Positions 28,443 to 37,488 of a stretch of DNA of 64,000 nt are shown here, piece after piece. The notes under the pieces were generated by a model. It was given only the letters and a program-made list of their open reading frames with translations, made no database searches and was not told the DNA's origin. A program made the translations under genes and the position numbers. The stretch spans positions 6,246 to 70,245 of the forward strand of contig JAKAHZ010000004.1 of the NCBI GenBank assembly GCA_021814615.1. Reading direction: 5' to 3'. The stretch comes from Nitrospirota bacterium. GTDB lineage: Bacteria; Nitrospirota; UBA9217. The stretch's first letter is position 1. Each line of letters opens with the position of its first letter.

Positions 28443-30059
28443 TTAGGGCAAGAAGGTCATGCTCATATCGATACCGGCGGCATTATCAGTGCGCAGATCG
28501 GCAGGCATCGGTCCGGCATGGGCTTTCACCTTCGGCGCTATCGAGGACCAGCCCAACGCCTCGATGCTGTAGAACGCTCCGGGGAGGGGCTGATCCGCGG
28601 TGCCGCCCGGGAGGTTCGACAGGGTATAGCTGCCGCCGGAAACGACCTCGCTGTTGATCCGGAGCGCATTCACGATCATCCCGCCATGCACCGCGAAGAC
28701 CACACCGCGATCCAGGACGCCGGTCTTGTCCGCGGGAATCTGGATACTGCCGGACACGGTCCGTGCCGTTGCCGGCGCCTTTACGTTCAGGGGACCGAAT
28801 ATCAGGTCCGCATGCTGCGGGTCCACGGGAAGGGGATCGCTGTGCTCGTAGAGTACCGCGTCCGCGACAGCCCGGAATCCTCCCGCACCCTCCACGGGAA
28901 CGACTGTGGTCAGGTTGACGGCCGCGGGATCGTAGACGCCCACATCGATCGGTTCTGCGGAGAGCGGAAAACCCGCGAAGGCGCCGGTCAGGGGACCGAA
29001 GTGTCGGATCCTGATCAGGTAGGGCGCTTCATTCGCTCCGGGAAGGGTCTGGTAGAACTTCGCCCAAGCGCCTGTCGGCGAGGCGATCGTGGCGCTCACC
29101 GGATAATCCGGGGCGGCAGCAGAAGTGAGCGTGACCGGGGGAATTTCCGTAGGCGATGCAGTCGGGGTCGTCCCCTGTACCGCGGGAACGTTCCTGATGA
29201 TCGCCGTCCGGTAGCCGATGCCGCGGATCACGATATCGTAGGAGCCGGGAACGAGCGGATAGAGGATGAACCGGCCGGTGGCCGGGTCCGCAATGAAGGT
29301 GGCCCTTCTGAGCACGTGTACCGCGCCGTCGGCGGAAAGCTGTTCGGCTTTGATCACGAACCGGGCGGTCGCCGTATTCGCCGATGCGATCGTGTCGATG
29401 TGGCCGGTGATGGCGCCGGCATTGTCCAGATCGAAGGATGCAAGGTTCGGCTTGAGGATATATTCGGTCTGGCCGTCGTGGTCGATCTTCACAATGTCGT
29501 GGCCTGCGTCGAAATCCAGGGCGAGCTTGAGCTTGCCGTTCTTCTTGACCTCGAAGGTTCCTTCCAGCCTGATGCCCTTCTGCGCTCCCGGTATGCGGAG
29601 GGGATAGGCCGCCGCATCGCCGGTCAGGTTCACCTGGTTGTTGTAGGCGAGTCCCGCATCGGTGGCCGAGGCGGCGAGCGGCGCTTCCGTGGCGGCGAGG
29701 ATGATCCGGATCTGCTCATAAGTCCCTTCGGGAAGCTCGATGTTGTCCCAGACCGGAACGCTGATCGCGCCGTTGGAAAGATCCAGGAGATCCAGGGTGA
29801 CCGGGGCCGCAAGCGGGAACTTCTCCCAGCCGGTCTGGTCCGGCCCCGACTGCTTCGATTGGCTGAACCAGAGGTCCTTGACGGTGATCCAGGCATGGTC
29901 CATGCCGTCGGCAGGCGCGTCGGTAATACTTACCGCTACTGCGCCCATTGCTGCGCCGGAAGTGCCCGATGTGGTCGATGCGCTTCCGGACCCGTTTGAG
30001 CATGCCTGCAGCAACAGGATGAGAAATGCACTGATCCAGAGATTGCGGATGGTCTTCAT
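28443..30059 (-). CDS. DUF4382-domain lipoprotein
   Basis: Lipobox LQAC; VSITDAPA, LDLLDL, LPEGTYEQIRI, LALDFDA, YILKP; SD GGAGGAGG. Confidence 0.8.
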   Translation of the reverse strand: MKTIRNLWISAFLILLLQACSNGSGSASTTSGTSGAAMGAVAVSITDAPADGMDHAWITVKDLWFSQSKQSGPDQTGWEKFPLAAPVTLDLLDLSNGAISVPVWDNIELPEGTYEQIRIILAATEAPLAASATDAGLAYNNQVNLTGDAAAYPLRIPGAQKGIRLEGTFEVKKNGKLKLALDFDAGHDIVKIDHDGQTEYILKPNLASFDLDNAGAITGHIDTIASANTATARFVIKAEQLSADGAVHVLRRATFIADPATGRFILYPLVPGSYDIVIRGIGYRTAIIRNVPAVQGTTPTASPTEIPPVTLTSAAAPDYPVSATIASPTGAWAKFYQTLPGANEAPYLIRIRHFGPLTGAFAGFPLSAEPIDVGVYDPAAVNLTTVVPVEGAGGFRAVADAVLYEHSDPLPVDPQHADLIFGPLNVKAPATARTVSGSIQIPADKTGVLDRGVVFAVHGGMIVNALRINSEVVSGGSYTLSNLPGGTADQPLPGAFYSIEALGWSSIAPKVKAHAGPMPADLRTDNAAGIDMSMTFLP

Positions 30060-30246
30060 CAGAATCCTCCTCCGTATGGTGTGCACGTTCGGCCGCGTGT
30101 TGATGAATGAGACAGTGGGAAGAGAAAAAGGTTGAATGATGACCGAGGGTAATTAGCACTCACACAAAGGCTGATTATTTGCTAGTTTTTAAGATAGGTG
30201 AGCTTGAGATAAAGGAATAGCCGTAGGCGACCTTATCGCCCCTTGC

Positions 30247-30280
30247 AAAGCCCTGTCGAACATTCAGCGGGGCTTTTTTG
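30247..30280 (+). terminator. Intrinsic terminator ending a short structured RNA
   Basis: aaagccctgtcgaacattcagcggggcttttttg. Confidence 0.55.
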
Positions 30281-30311
30281 TTGGGCGCGGTTTTTTCGTA
30301 CACCGCGAGAG

Positions 30312-30443
30312 AGTTCCCACCGCATCCTTTCACGGCCTGGATGGCCTGATTTTGTCTTCGCCTTTCATGACGGTACAGAAATAGGACCGCGTATGCTTGC
30401 TCGCATTGCGAAGCAGACGGGTCTCCTGCCTTCTGATTTGTAG
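30312..30443 (+). pseudogene. 5'-truncated HicA-family toxin remnant
   Basis: SSHRILSRPGWPDFVFAFHDGTEIGPRMLARIAKQTGL resembles the HicA GSH...H...IG..L..I core; the N-terminus and any hicB are absent. Confidence 0.65.
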
Positions 30444-30562
30444 AATAGCCGAATTAATCTAATCTTTCGCAAAACGTCGAAGACATTCTACGGCAGTTCG
30501 AGCAACGGGGAAAGAAAAGAGCCCGAAGGATGTATCCTTCAGGCTCATGATCCCCTCTCTGT

Positions 30563-30667
30563 TCATGGCCGGGGAGGCTGACCCATGCCGCGGCCCTGTC
30601 CGCCGCCGCGCGCTCCCGAAATCATATCGCGCATTTCGCGCTGGAATTCCTGAGCTCTTGCATGTCC
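30563..30667 (-). pseudogene. Displaced, diverged copy of the 3' end of the Spy/CpxP-like gene
   Basis: 30582-30652 matches 35592-35662 at 64/71 and 30653-30667 matches 35736-35750 at 14/15; reads QEFQREMRDMISGARGGGQGRGMGQPPRP*. Confidence 0.8.
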
Positions 30668-30716
30668 GAGTTCCGCGGCTCAGTCCGCGCAGAAGCGGCA
30701 ATGCGGCGGGTTGCGA

Positions 30717-30779
30717 TCAAATGTCTATTTGAAAATAAAAAATACATATTTGACTTGTCCATCCCGCTGCGGTATAGTG
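30717..30779 (+). promoter_or_regulatory. Promoter and palindromic operator of the tetR-efflux operon
   Basis: TCAAAT-gtct-ATTTGA palindrome at 30717-30732; a second half-similar site overlaps the -35 of TTGACT-N17-TATAGT. Confidence 0.6.
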
Positions 30780-30831
30780 GCCCCTCGAGCGTCCGGGGTC
30801 CCGAAAGGTCCGCTCCGGCGCGGGAGGGTCG

Positions 30832-31470
30832 ATGAAACCACGTGTGCATGGCGGGCAGAAGACGGACGCCGGGGGCCAGGATACCGCCGGCCGCATCATC
30901 TCCATGGCGACACGGCTCTTCGCCGAAAACGGTTATGACGGCACGTCGATCAAGCAGATCAGCGAGCAGGCGGGCGTCAATATCGCGGCGGTGAACTACC
31001 ATTTCGCGTCGAAGGAAAACCTGTTCCGCCGCATCATCGAGCAGTTCCTGTCCGATCTCTTCGTCTCGTCCCGGAAGACCCTGACGCCGCCGCAGAATGC
31101 GGAGGATATGAAGGTCCGTCTCGAGATATTCGTACGCCAGACGATCGAGGCGATCATCCGCCAGCCCGATGTCACGACGATTATCCAGCGCGAAGGAGTG
31201 CGGAGCGCCGAGATTTTCAAGAAAACCATTCTCCAGCACCGCGCGGCGTTGAACGCGTTTCTGGAACATGCGCGGACAATCGGATTGCTCGCGGCAGATG
31301 TGGATCCCGAATTCGCCGCGGCCTTTCTCATGGCCCAGATCGCGCAGGGGACACGGAAGGATCGGGCGAAACGGGAATTCTTCGGCCAGACGCCCGTGTC
31401 GGAGCGATGCCGCAATCAATGGATTCGCCAGACGATCCGGCTGTTCTGCGGCGGCATTCTGGCGGCGTGA
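30832..31470 (+). CDS. TetR/AcrR-family regulator
   Basis: ATRLFAENGYDGTSIKQISEQAGVNIAAVNYHFASKENL HTH. Confidence 0.92.
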   Translation: MKPRVHGGQKTDAGGQDTAGRIISMATRLFAENGYDGTSIKQISEQAGVNIAAVNYHFASKENLFRRIIEQFLSDLFVSSRKTLTPPQNAEDMKVRLEIFVRQTIEAIIRQPDVTTIIQREGVRSAEIFKKTILQHRAALNAFLEHARTIGLLAADVDPEFAAAFLMAQIAQGTRKDRAKREFFGQTPVSERCRNQWIRQTIRLFCGGILAA

Positions 31471-31555
31471 CCGGCGATGCAGGAACGACGGGAGTGCGCG
31501 GAGTTGCCGGCGAAGGGCTGCCGGTAGGATATTGGAGCGCAGGAGGTACGGAAGG

Positions 31556-32680
31556 ATGTTTATGCAGAAGATGGCCGACGAGGGAACGGCGACGGCGAAA
31601 GGAGCCACCGCCAGACAATGGGGCTTCAGGATGGTTATCGCTCTTTGCCTGGTTGCCGGCCTAGCCTATTCGGTGAAGAAGGCAGCCTATGCCTTTGCCC
31701 ATGAAAGCACGGACGACGCCTTCATCGAAGGGACGGTGGTGCCCATCAGCTCCGAGGTGAAGGGCAGGGTCACCAGGGTGCTCGTCGCGGACAACCAACT
31801 GGTCAGGGCCGGGGACCCGCTCGTGGAGATCGCGGCGGACGATTACGCCGCCGTGGTACAGGCGCGCAGGGACGCCGTTTCCCGCCTGAACGCCGAGCAG
31901 CAGGAGACCCGCGCGTTGATCAAGGCGAAGACCATGGCGCTTGCACGGGCGCGCGCGGACCTGGGCGCGGCCGAATCAGGGGCCGCGCTCGCGGAAAAGG
32001 ACCTGAACCGGAGCTCCGAACTCCGGAAGAAGGAGGTCATCTCGCCGAGCCAGTACGATCAGGCGGAACTGCGCCAGAAGGACGCCGCTGCCCGCCTGGC
32101 CTCGGCGCAGGCGGCGGTTTCGGAGACGGAAGCGGCGGTCGAAGCGCTGAACGCGCAGCTCGCGACGCAAAGCTTCAGGATCAGGGAAGCGGCAACGGCG
32201 CTCGACCTCGCCCGGCTGGATCTCGGCAGGACGACGATTACGGCGCCGGCCGCCGGAAGGATCGCGAAGAAGAACGTTGACGAGGGCAAGTACGTGCAGC
32301 CGGGCCAGCCGCTGCTCGCGATCGTGGACGACAGCAGCCTCTGGGTTGTGGCGAACTTCAAGGAAACCCAGATCGGCCGCATGAAACCGGGCCAGCGCGT
32401 GGATATTGCCGTGGACGCCTATCCGGGCGTCACCTTCGCGGGACACGTGCAGAGCATGCAGCCCGGCACCGGGGCGGTATTCAGCCTCCTGCCGCCGCAG
32501 AACGCCTCGGGCAACTTCGTGAAGGTGGTGCAGCGCGTTCCCGTCAAGATCCTCATCGACGGGAAACCCGACCCGGACCGTCCCCTCCGGCCGGGGCTTT
32601 CGGTTTATCCCTCGGTGGCGATCAAGGAACCGGCCGGGAACGATCAGGCAGCGAGTGTGGGGCATGGCGACATCAGATAA
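31556..32680 (+). CDS. EmrA/HlyD-family membrane fusion protein
   Basis: ESTDDAFIEG, ANFKETQI, FSLLPPQNASGNFVKVVQRVPVKI. Confidence 0.92.
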   Translation: MFMQKMADEGTATAKGATARQWGFRMVIALCLVAGLAYSVKKAAYAFAHESTDDAFIEGTVVPISSEVKGRVTRVLVADNQLVRAGDPLVEIAADDYAAVVQARRDAVSRLNAEQQETRALIKAKTMALARARADLGAAESGAALAEKDLNRSSELRKKEVISPSQYDQAELRQKDAAARLASAQAAVSETEAAVEALNAQLATQSFRIREAATALDLARLDLGRTTITAPAAGRIAKKNVDEGKYVQPGQPLLAIVDDSSLWVVANFKETQIGRMKPGQRVDIAVDAYPGVTFAGHVQSMQPGTGAVFSLLPPQNASGNFVKVVQRVPVKILIDGKPDPDRPLRPGLSVYPSVAIKEPAGNDQAASVGHGDIR

Positions 32681-34211
32681 GGGCATCATTACGCTCACGG
32701 TCATGCTGGGAACCATCATGGCCGCCCTCGATTCGAGCATCGTGAACGTGGCCTTGCCGTACATGCGCGGGACCCTGGGGACCTCGGTCGAGGAGATCAC
32801 CTGGGTGGCGACGGCCTACATCCTCGCCACGGTCATTGTCATGCCCATCGTGGGCATGCTGAGCAGCCGGTACGGCAGGAAGAACTTCTACCTCTTCAGC
32901 ATCGTGAGCTTCACCGTCAGTTCGATGCTCTGCGGCCTTGCCTGGGACCTGCCCTCCATGGTCCTGTTTCGCGTGATCCAGGGCGTGGGCGGCGGCGTCC
33001 TGATCCCCGTCGCCCAGGCGATCCTGCGGGAGACCTTTCCGCCGGAAGAGCAGGGCAAGGCCATGGGGCTCTACGGCTTCGGCGTGGTTCTGGGGCCCGC
33101 CTTCGGGCCCACCCTGGGCGGCTGGCTCACGGACCATTTCTCCTGGCCTTGGATCTTCTATATCAACGTGCCGATCGGGATCATCAACATTCTGATGGTC
33201 ATGCGCTACATCAAGGACCCTCCGTACCTGGTGCGCGAAAAGACGAAGATCGACGGCCTGGGCCTGGCGTTCATGACCGTCGGCCTGGGAGCGCTCCAGA
33301 TCATGCTCGAACGGGGGGAGCGGGAGGCCTGGTTCGAGTCGGATACGATCCGGCTGCTCCTGGTTCTCTCGGTCGCCAGCCTCGCGTTCTTTGTGTGGCG
33401 CGAGCTGACCTGTGACAAGCCAGCCGTGGACCTCAGAATCCTGAAGGACCTCAATTTCACATCAGGCTCCCTGATCGGGGGCGTGATCGGGATGGGCCTC
33501 TTCGGCAGCCTGTTTTTGCTGCCCCTCTTCCTGCAGCAGCTCCTGGGGTACCCGGCCCTGGATTCCGGCGTCGCCCTCATGCCCCGGAGCCTTGCCATGG
33601 CCGTGGCCATGCCGGTGGCCGGCAGGTTTTACAACCGGCTGGGGCCGCGGATTCTGATCGGGGCGGGCCTCGTCGTAACGGCGCTTTCGTTCTATCAGCT
33701 CTCGCTCCTGTCGCTCAACGTGGGGTATCTGGACATCTTCTTCCCCCAGTTCCTGCAGGGCATCGGGTTCGGCCTGATCTTCGTGGCACTCAGCACCGCT
33801 TCGCTTGCCACCATCGAGCGGCAGAACATGACTGCCGCAGCGGGATTGTACAATGTGGTTCGCCAGGTCTTCGGGAGCATCGGCATCGCCCTGTCGGCAT
33901 CCCAGCTGACCAAGGCGATGACGGAGTATCACGCAGTCCTCGCGGAGAAGGTAACGGAATACGGGGAAACCGGCATCCGGTGGGTCGGAACGGTTGCCGG
34001 CGCCATGCAAGGGCAGGGTGCAGATCCCGCCGCCGCCCGGCAGATGGCTCTGACGCTCCTGGACGGCGAAGTGTCCCGCCAGGCGAGCATGCTGGCGTTC
34101 AATCACCTGTACGTGCTCGTCACGTTCCTGTTTCTTATTTCCTTTCCCCTGATCTTTTTTCTGAAGTCCGCAAAGAAACAGGAAGGGGCGGAGGAAATGA
34201 TCGCAGAGTGA
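32664..34211 (+). CDS. EmrB/QacA DHA2-family MFS efflux permease
   Basis: LDSSIVNVALP, RVIQGVGGG, GPTLGGWL, WIFYINVPIG. Confidence 0.93.
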   Translation: MATSDKGIITLTVMLGTIMAALDSSIVNVALPYMRGTLGTSVEEITWVATAYILATVIVMPIVGMLSSRYGRKNFYLFSIVSFTVSSMLCGLAWDLPSMVLFRVIQGVGGGVLIPVAQAILRETFPPEEQGKAMGLYGFGVVLGPAFGPTLGGWLTDHFSWPWIFYINVPIGIINILMVMRYIKDPPYLVREKTKIDGLGLAFMTVGLGALQIMLERGEREAWFESDTIRLLLVLSVASLAFFVWRELTCDKPAVDLRILKDLNFTSGSLIGGVIGMGLFGSLFLLPLFLQQLLGYPALDSGVALMPRSLAMAVAMPVAGRFYNRLGPRILIGAGLVVTALSFYQLSLLSLNVGYLDIFFPQFLQGIGFGLIFVALSTASLATIERQNMTAAAGLYNVVRQVFGSIGIALSASQLTKAMTEYHAVLAEKVTEYGETGIRWVGTVAGAMQGQGADPAAARQMALTLLDGEVSRQASMLAFNHLYVLVTFLFLISFPLIFFLKSAKKQEGAEEMIAE

Positions 34212-34248
34212 GGTCCGAATGCGGAATGCCGGAGGCTGTGAGGAAGTC

Positions 34249-34887
34249 ATGTCAACTGCTCAAAAAAAGGTGATCACCATTTCCCGGCAACTGGCGAGCG
34301 GAGGCGCTTATATCGGCCATCTGATCGCCCAAAAGACCGGGTACCGTTATGTGGAGCGGGAGGTCCTGCACAGGGCGGCGCGGGAACTCGGTGTGGACAT
34401 CCGGGACGTCGCCGGCCAGGACGAGAAGAAGAGCGGGTTCGTCGAGAGCCTGATGAAGAGCTTCGTCTTCGGGACGCCGGAAGCGGTCTACATCCCCCCG
34501 GCCCGGCGGCCGGTGTATGACGAGGAGCTCTATGAGGCCGAGTGCCGCATCATCCGAAAGATCGCCGAGCGCAGCGATATCGTCCTCGTGGGCCACGCGG
34601 GATTCAGCGTGCTGGCCGGCCAGCCGCATGCGTTTCACCTGTATATCCATGCGCCGAAGGAATTCCGCGTCAGCCGCCTTTCGGCGTTTCACTCCCTGAA
34701 CCGGGAAGCGGCTCTCGCGGAGATCGACGAATCGGATCAACGGCGGGAGAAATACCTCCGTTCGCGCACGGGCAAGGAGTGGCACGATGCGCGGAACTAT
34801 CATCTCTGTCTGGATGCGTCGATACTGAGATTTGAAGCTGCGGCGGATATGATCGTCAACCTCGTGCATGAGGCGAAGCAACGCTGA
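34249..34887 (+). CDS. Cytidylate kinase-like family protein
   Basis: ITISRQLASGG, SDQRREKY, YHLCLD. Confidence 0.8.
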   Translation: MSTAQKKVITISRQLASGGAYIGHLIAQKTGYRYVEREVLHRAARELGVDIRDVAGQDEKKSGFVESLMKSFVFGTPEAVYIPPARRPVYDEELYEAECRIIRKIAERSDIVLVGHAGFSVLAGQPHAFHLYIHAPKEFRVSRLSAFHSLNREAALAEIDESDQRREKYLRSRTGKEWHDARNYHLCLDASILRFEAAADMIVNLVHEAKQR

Positions 34888-34894
34888 GGTTGCT

Positions 34895-35393
34895 ATGAAA
34901 GGTTTTTCCCGAGCAGTTCTTGTCGTCAGCCTGCTTTTCCCCGCAGCTGCCCCGGCGCTGACGCTGGAGGAAGGCCTGAAGATCGTGGATGAGGCCGGCC
35001 GTGACGCGCGCATCGCGCGGTCCCAGGAGGACGCGGCGCGGTCAGCCTGGCTGCCGCAGTCGAGCGGAGCGAGCTCCTGGCGCTCAAGCTAACGAGGGAC
35101 AAGATCGTCGATGCGGTCCGGCTCGACGTGGAGTCCGCCTATCTCGACTTTGAAAGTTCCGCCAAGAAAATCGAGGTTGCGAAGGCAGCCGTTGCCCGGG
35201 CGGAGGAGAACGCACGGCTGCAGCAGCTGCGGTACCAGGAAGGCGTGGCGACCGCTACGGAAGTTCTGGACTCGGTCACGCTCCTGTCCACGGACCAGAC
35301 AACTCGTGGCGCGCGCTGTATTCCTACGAGCGCGCAAGGGCGCGCCTGATCCATGCGATGGGCAGGGATCTTCAGGCTGCGTACCGGAACTAG
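34895..35393 (+). pseudogene. TolC-family outer-membrane efflux protein, internally deleted and frameshifted
   Basis: Signal peptide and LTLEEGL start, then out-of-frame C-terminal pieces AEENARLQQLRYQEGVATATEVLD and YSYERARARLIHAMG; only about 500 bp remain. Confidence 0.75.
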
Positions 35394-35524
35394 ATCGAAG
35401 CGGGAACGGGGGGGAGCGGCTTGTTCGTCCGGGCAACGGCAGGGTGTGCGGCAGGCCGTGGAGAAGCTGGCGGGAAGAAAAACGGCCGGGCGTGACGGGA
35501 ATGCATCAGCCCGGCCTGAGGGGA

Positions 35525-36130
35525 TCAATCCTGGGGTGATCGCCGTCTCTGGCCGTCGGGGTTCGGCCCCCTGCCGGGTCCCATGCCCTGGCCCATGCCG
35601 CGACCCTGTCCGCCGCCGCGCGCTCCCGTGATCAGGTCGCGCATCTCGCGCTGGAACTCCTGCTGGAAGATCAGGAACCGGGCCTGCTGTTCCACCGTGA
35701 GCAGCGTTCTGATATCCTTCAACTCGCGGTTCCTGAGCTCCTGCATGTCCCGGTGATTCTGCTCGATCCTGTCCAGGGCGCTCTTGAGCCGGTTGTCGTC
35801 GGGTTTCTGCGGCCTGAGCAGCGCGCGAAGCTCCTGCATGAGCTCCATCTGGCCCTTCATGATCTCCCGCCGCCTCTGGTCCTGGCTGCTCAGGATGGAC
35901 GAGAGTTTCGAACTCGTTGCATCGTCCAGCCTGAGCTCCTCCATCATCCGCCACATCCTCACCGCCTCGATCTTCTTCCTGATCTCCTCGCGCCGCTCCG
36001 GCGAAGGCTGGCTGTCGGCCCCGGGATCGGCGAATTCGCCGGGAGGGGGAGCCTGCCGCTGCTGCGCAGCGGCGGGAAGCCCGGAGAAGATCAAGAGCGA
36101 TGCAGCGATGAGAACTCGTGTCAGCTTCAT
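35525..36130 (-). CDS. Spy/CpxP-like periplasmic protein
   Basis: Signal peptide, Met/Arg-rich helices, LLTVEQQARF (LTxxQ motif), Gly-rich tail; downstream of the ECF/anti-sigma pair. Confidence 0.75.
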   Translation of the reverse strand: MKLTRVLIAASLLIFSGLPAAAQQRQAPPPGEFADPGADSQPSPERREEIRKKIEAVRMWRMMEELRLDDATSSKLSSILSSQDQRRREIMKGQMELMQELRALLRPQKPDDNRLKSALDRIEQNHRDMQELRNRELKDIRTLLTVEQQARFLIFQQEFQREMRDLITGARGGGQGRGMGQGMGPGRGPNPDGQRRRSPQD

Positions 36131-36177
36131 GGTATGCCTCCTGAATGCGAGGGTCGTTCCGTCGATTCTATGCTCAA

Positions 36178-36843
36178 CTAACCTGAATAGTCACCAAGCG
36201 TACTCGTGCGCGGGTATTTCGCGCCTGATTTCTTTTCCTGTTTCAGCATGTGGTCCAGCCGGTCCAGTTCGCTGCTGCTGAGATCGGCGAGGTCTTCGGA
36301 CAGATCGCGTTCCGAGGTTTCGCGGAGATTCTCCGCGACCGCTTCCTTCACCGGAACGAAAGCATTCTCCGCCCACCGGGAGACTGCCTGGAACTCCTGC
36401 GAGGACAGTTCCGCGAGTTGCCCCGTATCGACCGTTTCTGTTTCGTCGATCGAGGCGACCAGACCGGTTGTCGGAAGAGGACCCGTGGTCTCCGTCCGGG
36501 ATTTGACCAGCACCCAGGAGAGGGAGGCCACCACGAGCAGGGCGGCAGCGGCCCAGGACAGGCGCGGGAGAGACCATTGGCCGAACACCCGGTCGAATAA
36601 TGACGGGGTGGGGGTGCGCTTTGTCTCCGCATCCCGCCTGACCCTTCCGGGCAGGACGGCCCAGAATGCCTCGCCGGGATCGGGGACCGCTTCCTCGGCA
36701 AGCATGCGCAGGAGTTCCAGTTCCGCGGAGCAGTCTTCGCAGGAACGGCAGTGCTCCTCGATCCGTAACCGGTCTGCCTGGCCGAGACCGTTCTCCAGAT
36801 AGGCGGGCAGGAGTTCCTTGTATTCGGGTTTTGCGCAGTTCAT
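36178..36843 (-). CDS. Zinc-finger (zf-HC2) membrane anti-sigma factor
   Basis: C..LLPAYL...EEHCRSCEDC; a single TM segment. Confidence 0.85.
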   Translation of the reverse strand: MNCAKPEYKELLPAYLENGLGQADRLRIEEHCRSCEDCSAELELLRMLAEEAVPDPGEAFWAVLPGRVRRDAETKRTPTPSLFDRVFGQWSLPRLSWAAAALLVVASLSWVLVKSRTETTGPLPTTGLVASIDETETVDTGQLAELSSQEFQAVSRWAENAFVPVKEAVAENLRETSERDLSEDLADLSSSELDRLDHMLKQEKKSGAKYPRTSTLGDYSG

Positions 36844-37427
36844 TGCGACCTCGTATCAGCGGAAGCCGGTTCCTTGTTTTCTGCGGGCTTGCTGCTCTCC
36901 TGTTCCTGCATCAGGACCTTCAGCTTCTGCACGCCGTGATGGAAATTCGCCTTTGCCGTGCCGATGGTGCAACCCAGGATGCCGGCGATCTCATCGAAGC
37001 TCTTCTGCTCCTGGATGCGGAGCATGACCGTAAGCCGCTGCTTTTCCGGCAAGGAGACGACGGACCGCCGCAGGCGGAGCCGCGTTTCCTTGCCGATCAG
37101 GGACTCGACGATCTTCGGGTCTCTCCGGATGACCACGTCGTCCAGGGAACAGCGCTGGATGACCTTCCGGTCCCGGTAGACGTTCTTCGCCAGGTTGATG
37201 GCGATCTGGTACAGCCAGGTTTTGAAGCTGGACCGCCGTTCGAACCCGCCGACGCCGGTGAAGGCCTTGACGAAGGTCTTCTGCAGCAGGTCCGCCGCGT
37301 CGTCCTGATCGCTCACCATCCGGTAGAGCATGGCGTAGAGCGGCTTCTGGTGCTTTCTGACCAGTTCATCGAAGGCTTCGCGGTCGCCGGCAGCATGGCG
37401 GTCCAGGAGCGCGCTGTCCTCATCCAT
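36840..37427 (-). CDS. ECF RNA polymerase sigma factor
   Basis: GDREAFDELV, SSFKTWLYQIAIN, LPEKQR, EIAGILGCTIGTAK. Confidence 0.92.
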   Translation of the reverse strand: MDEDSALLDRHAAGDREAFDELVRKHQKPLYAMLYRMVSDQDDAADLLQKTFVKAFTGVGGFERRSSFKTWLYQIAINLAKNVYRDRKVIQRCSLDDVVIRRDPKIVESLIGKETRLRLRRSVVSLPEKQRLTVMLRIQEQKSFDEIAGILGCTIGTAKANFHHGVQKLKVLMQEQESSKPAENKEPASADTRSQ

Positions 37428-37488
37428 AGGTACCCCGTTGTTTGATGGGTGAGACACGGTCGTGTGCAAAAGGTTGAATGCTGCCGGA

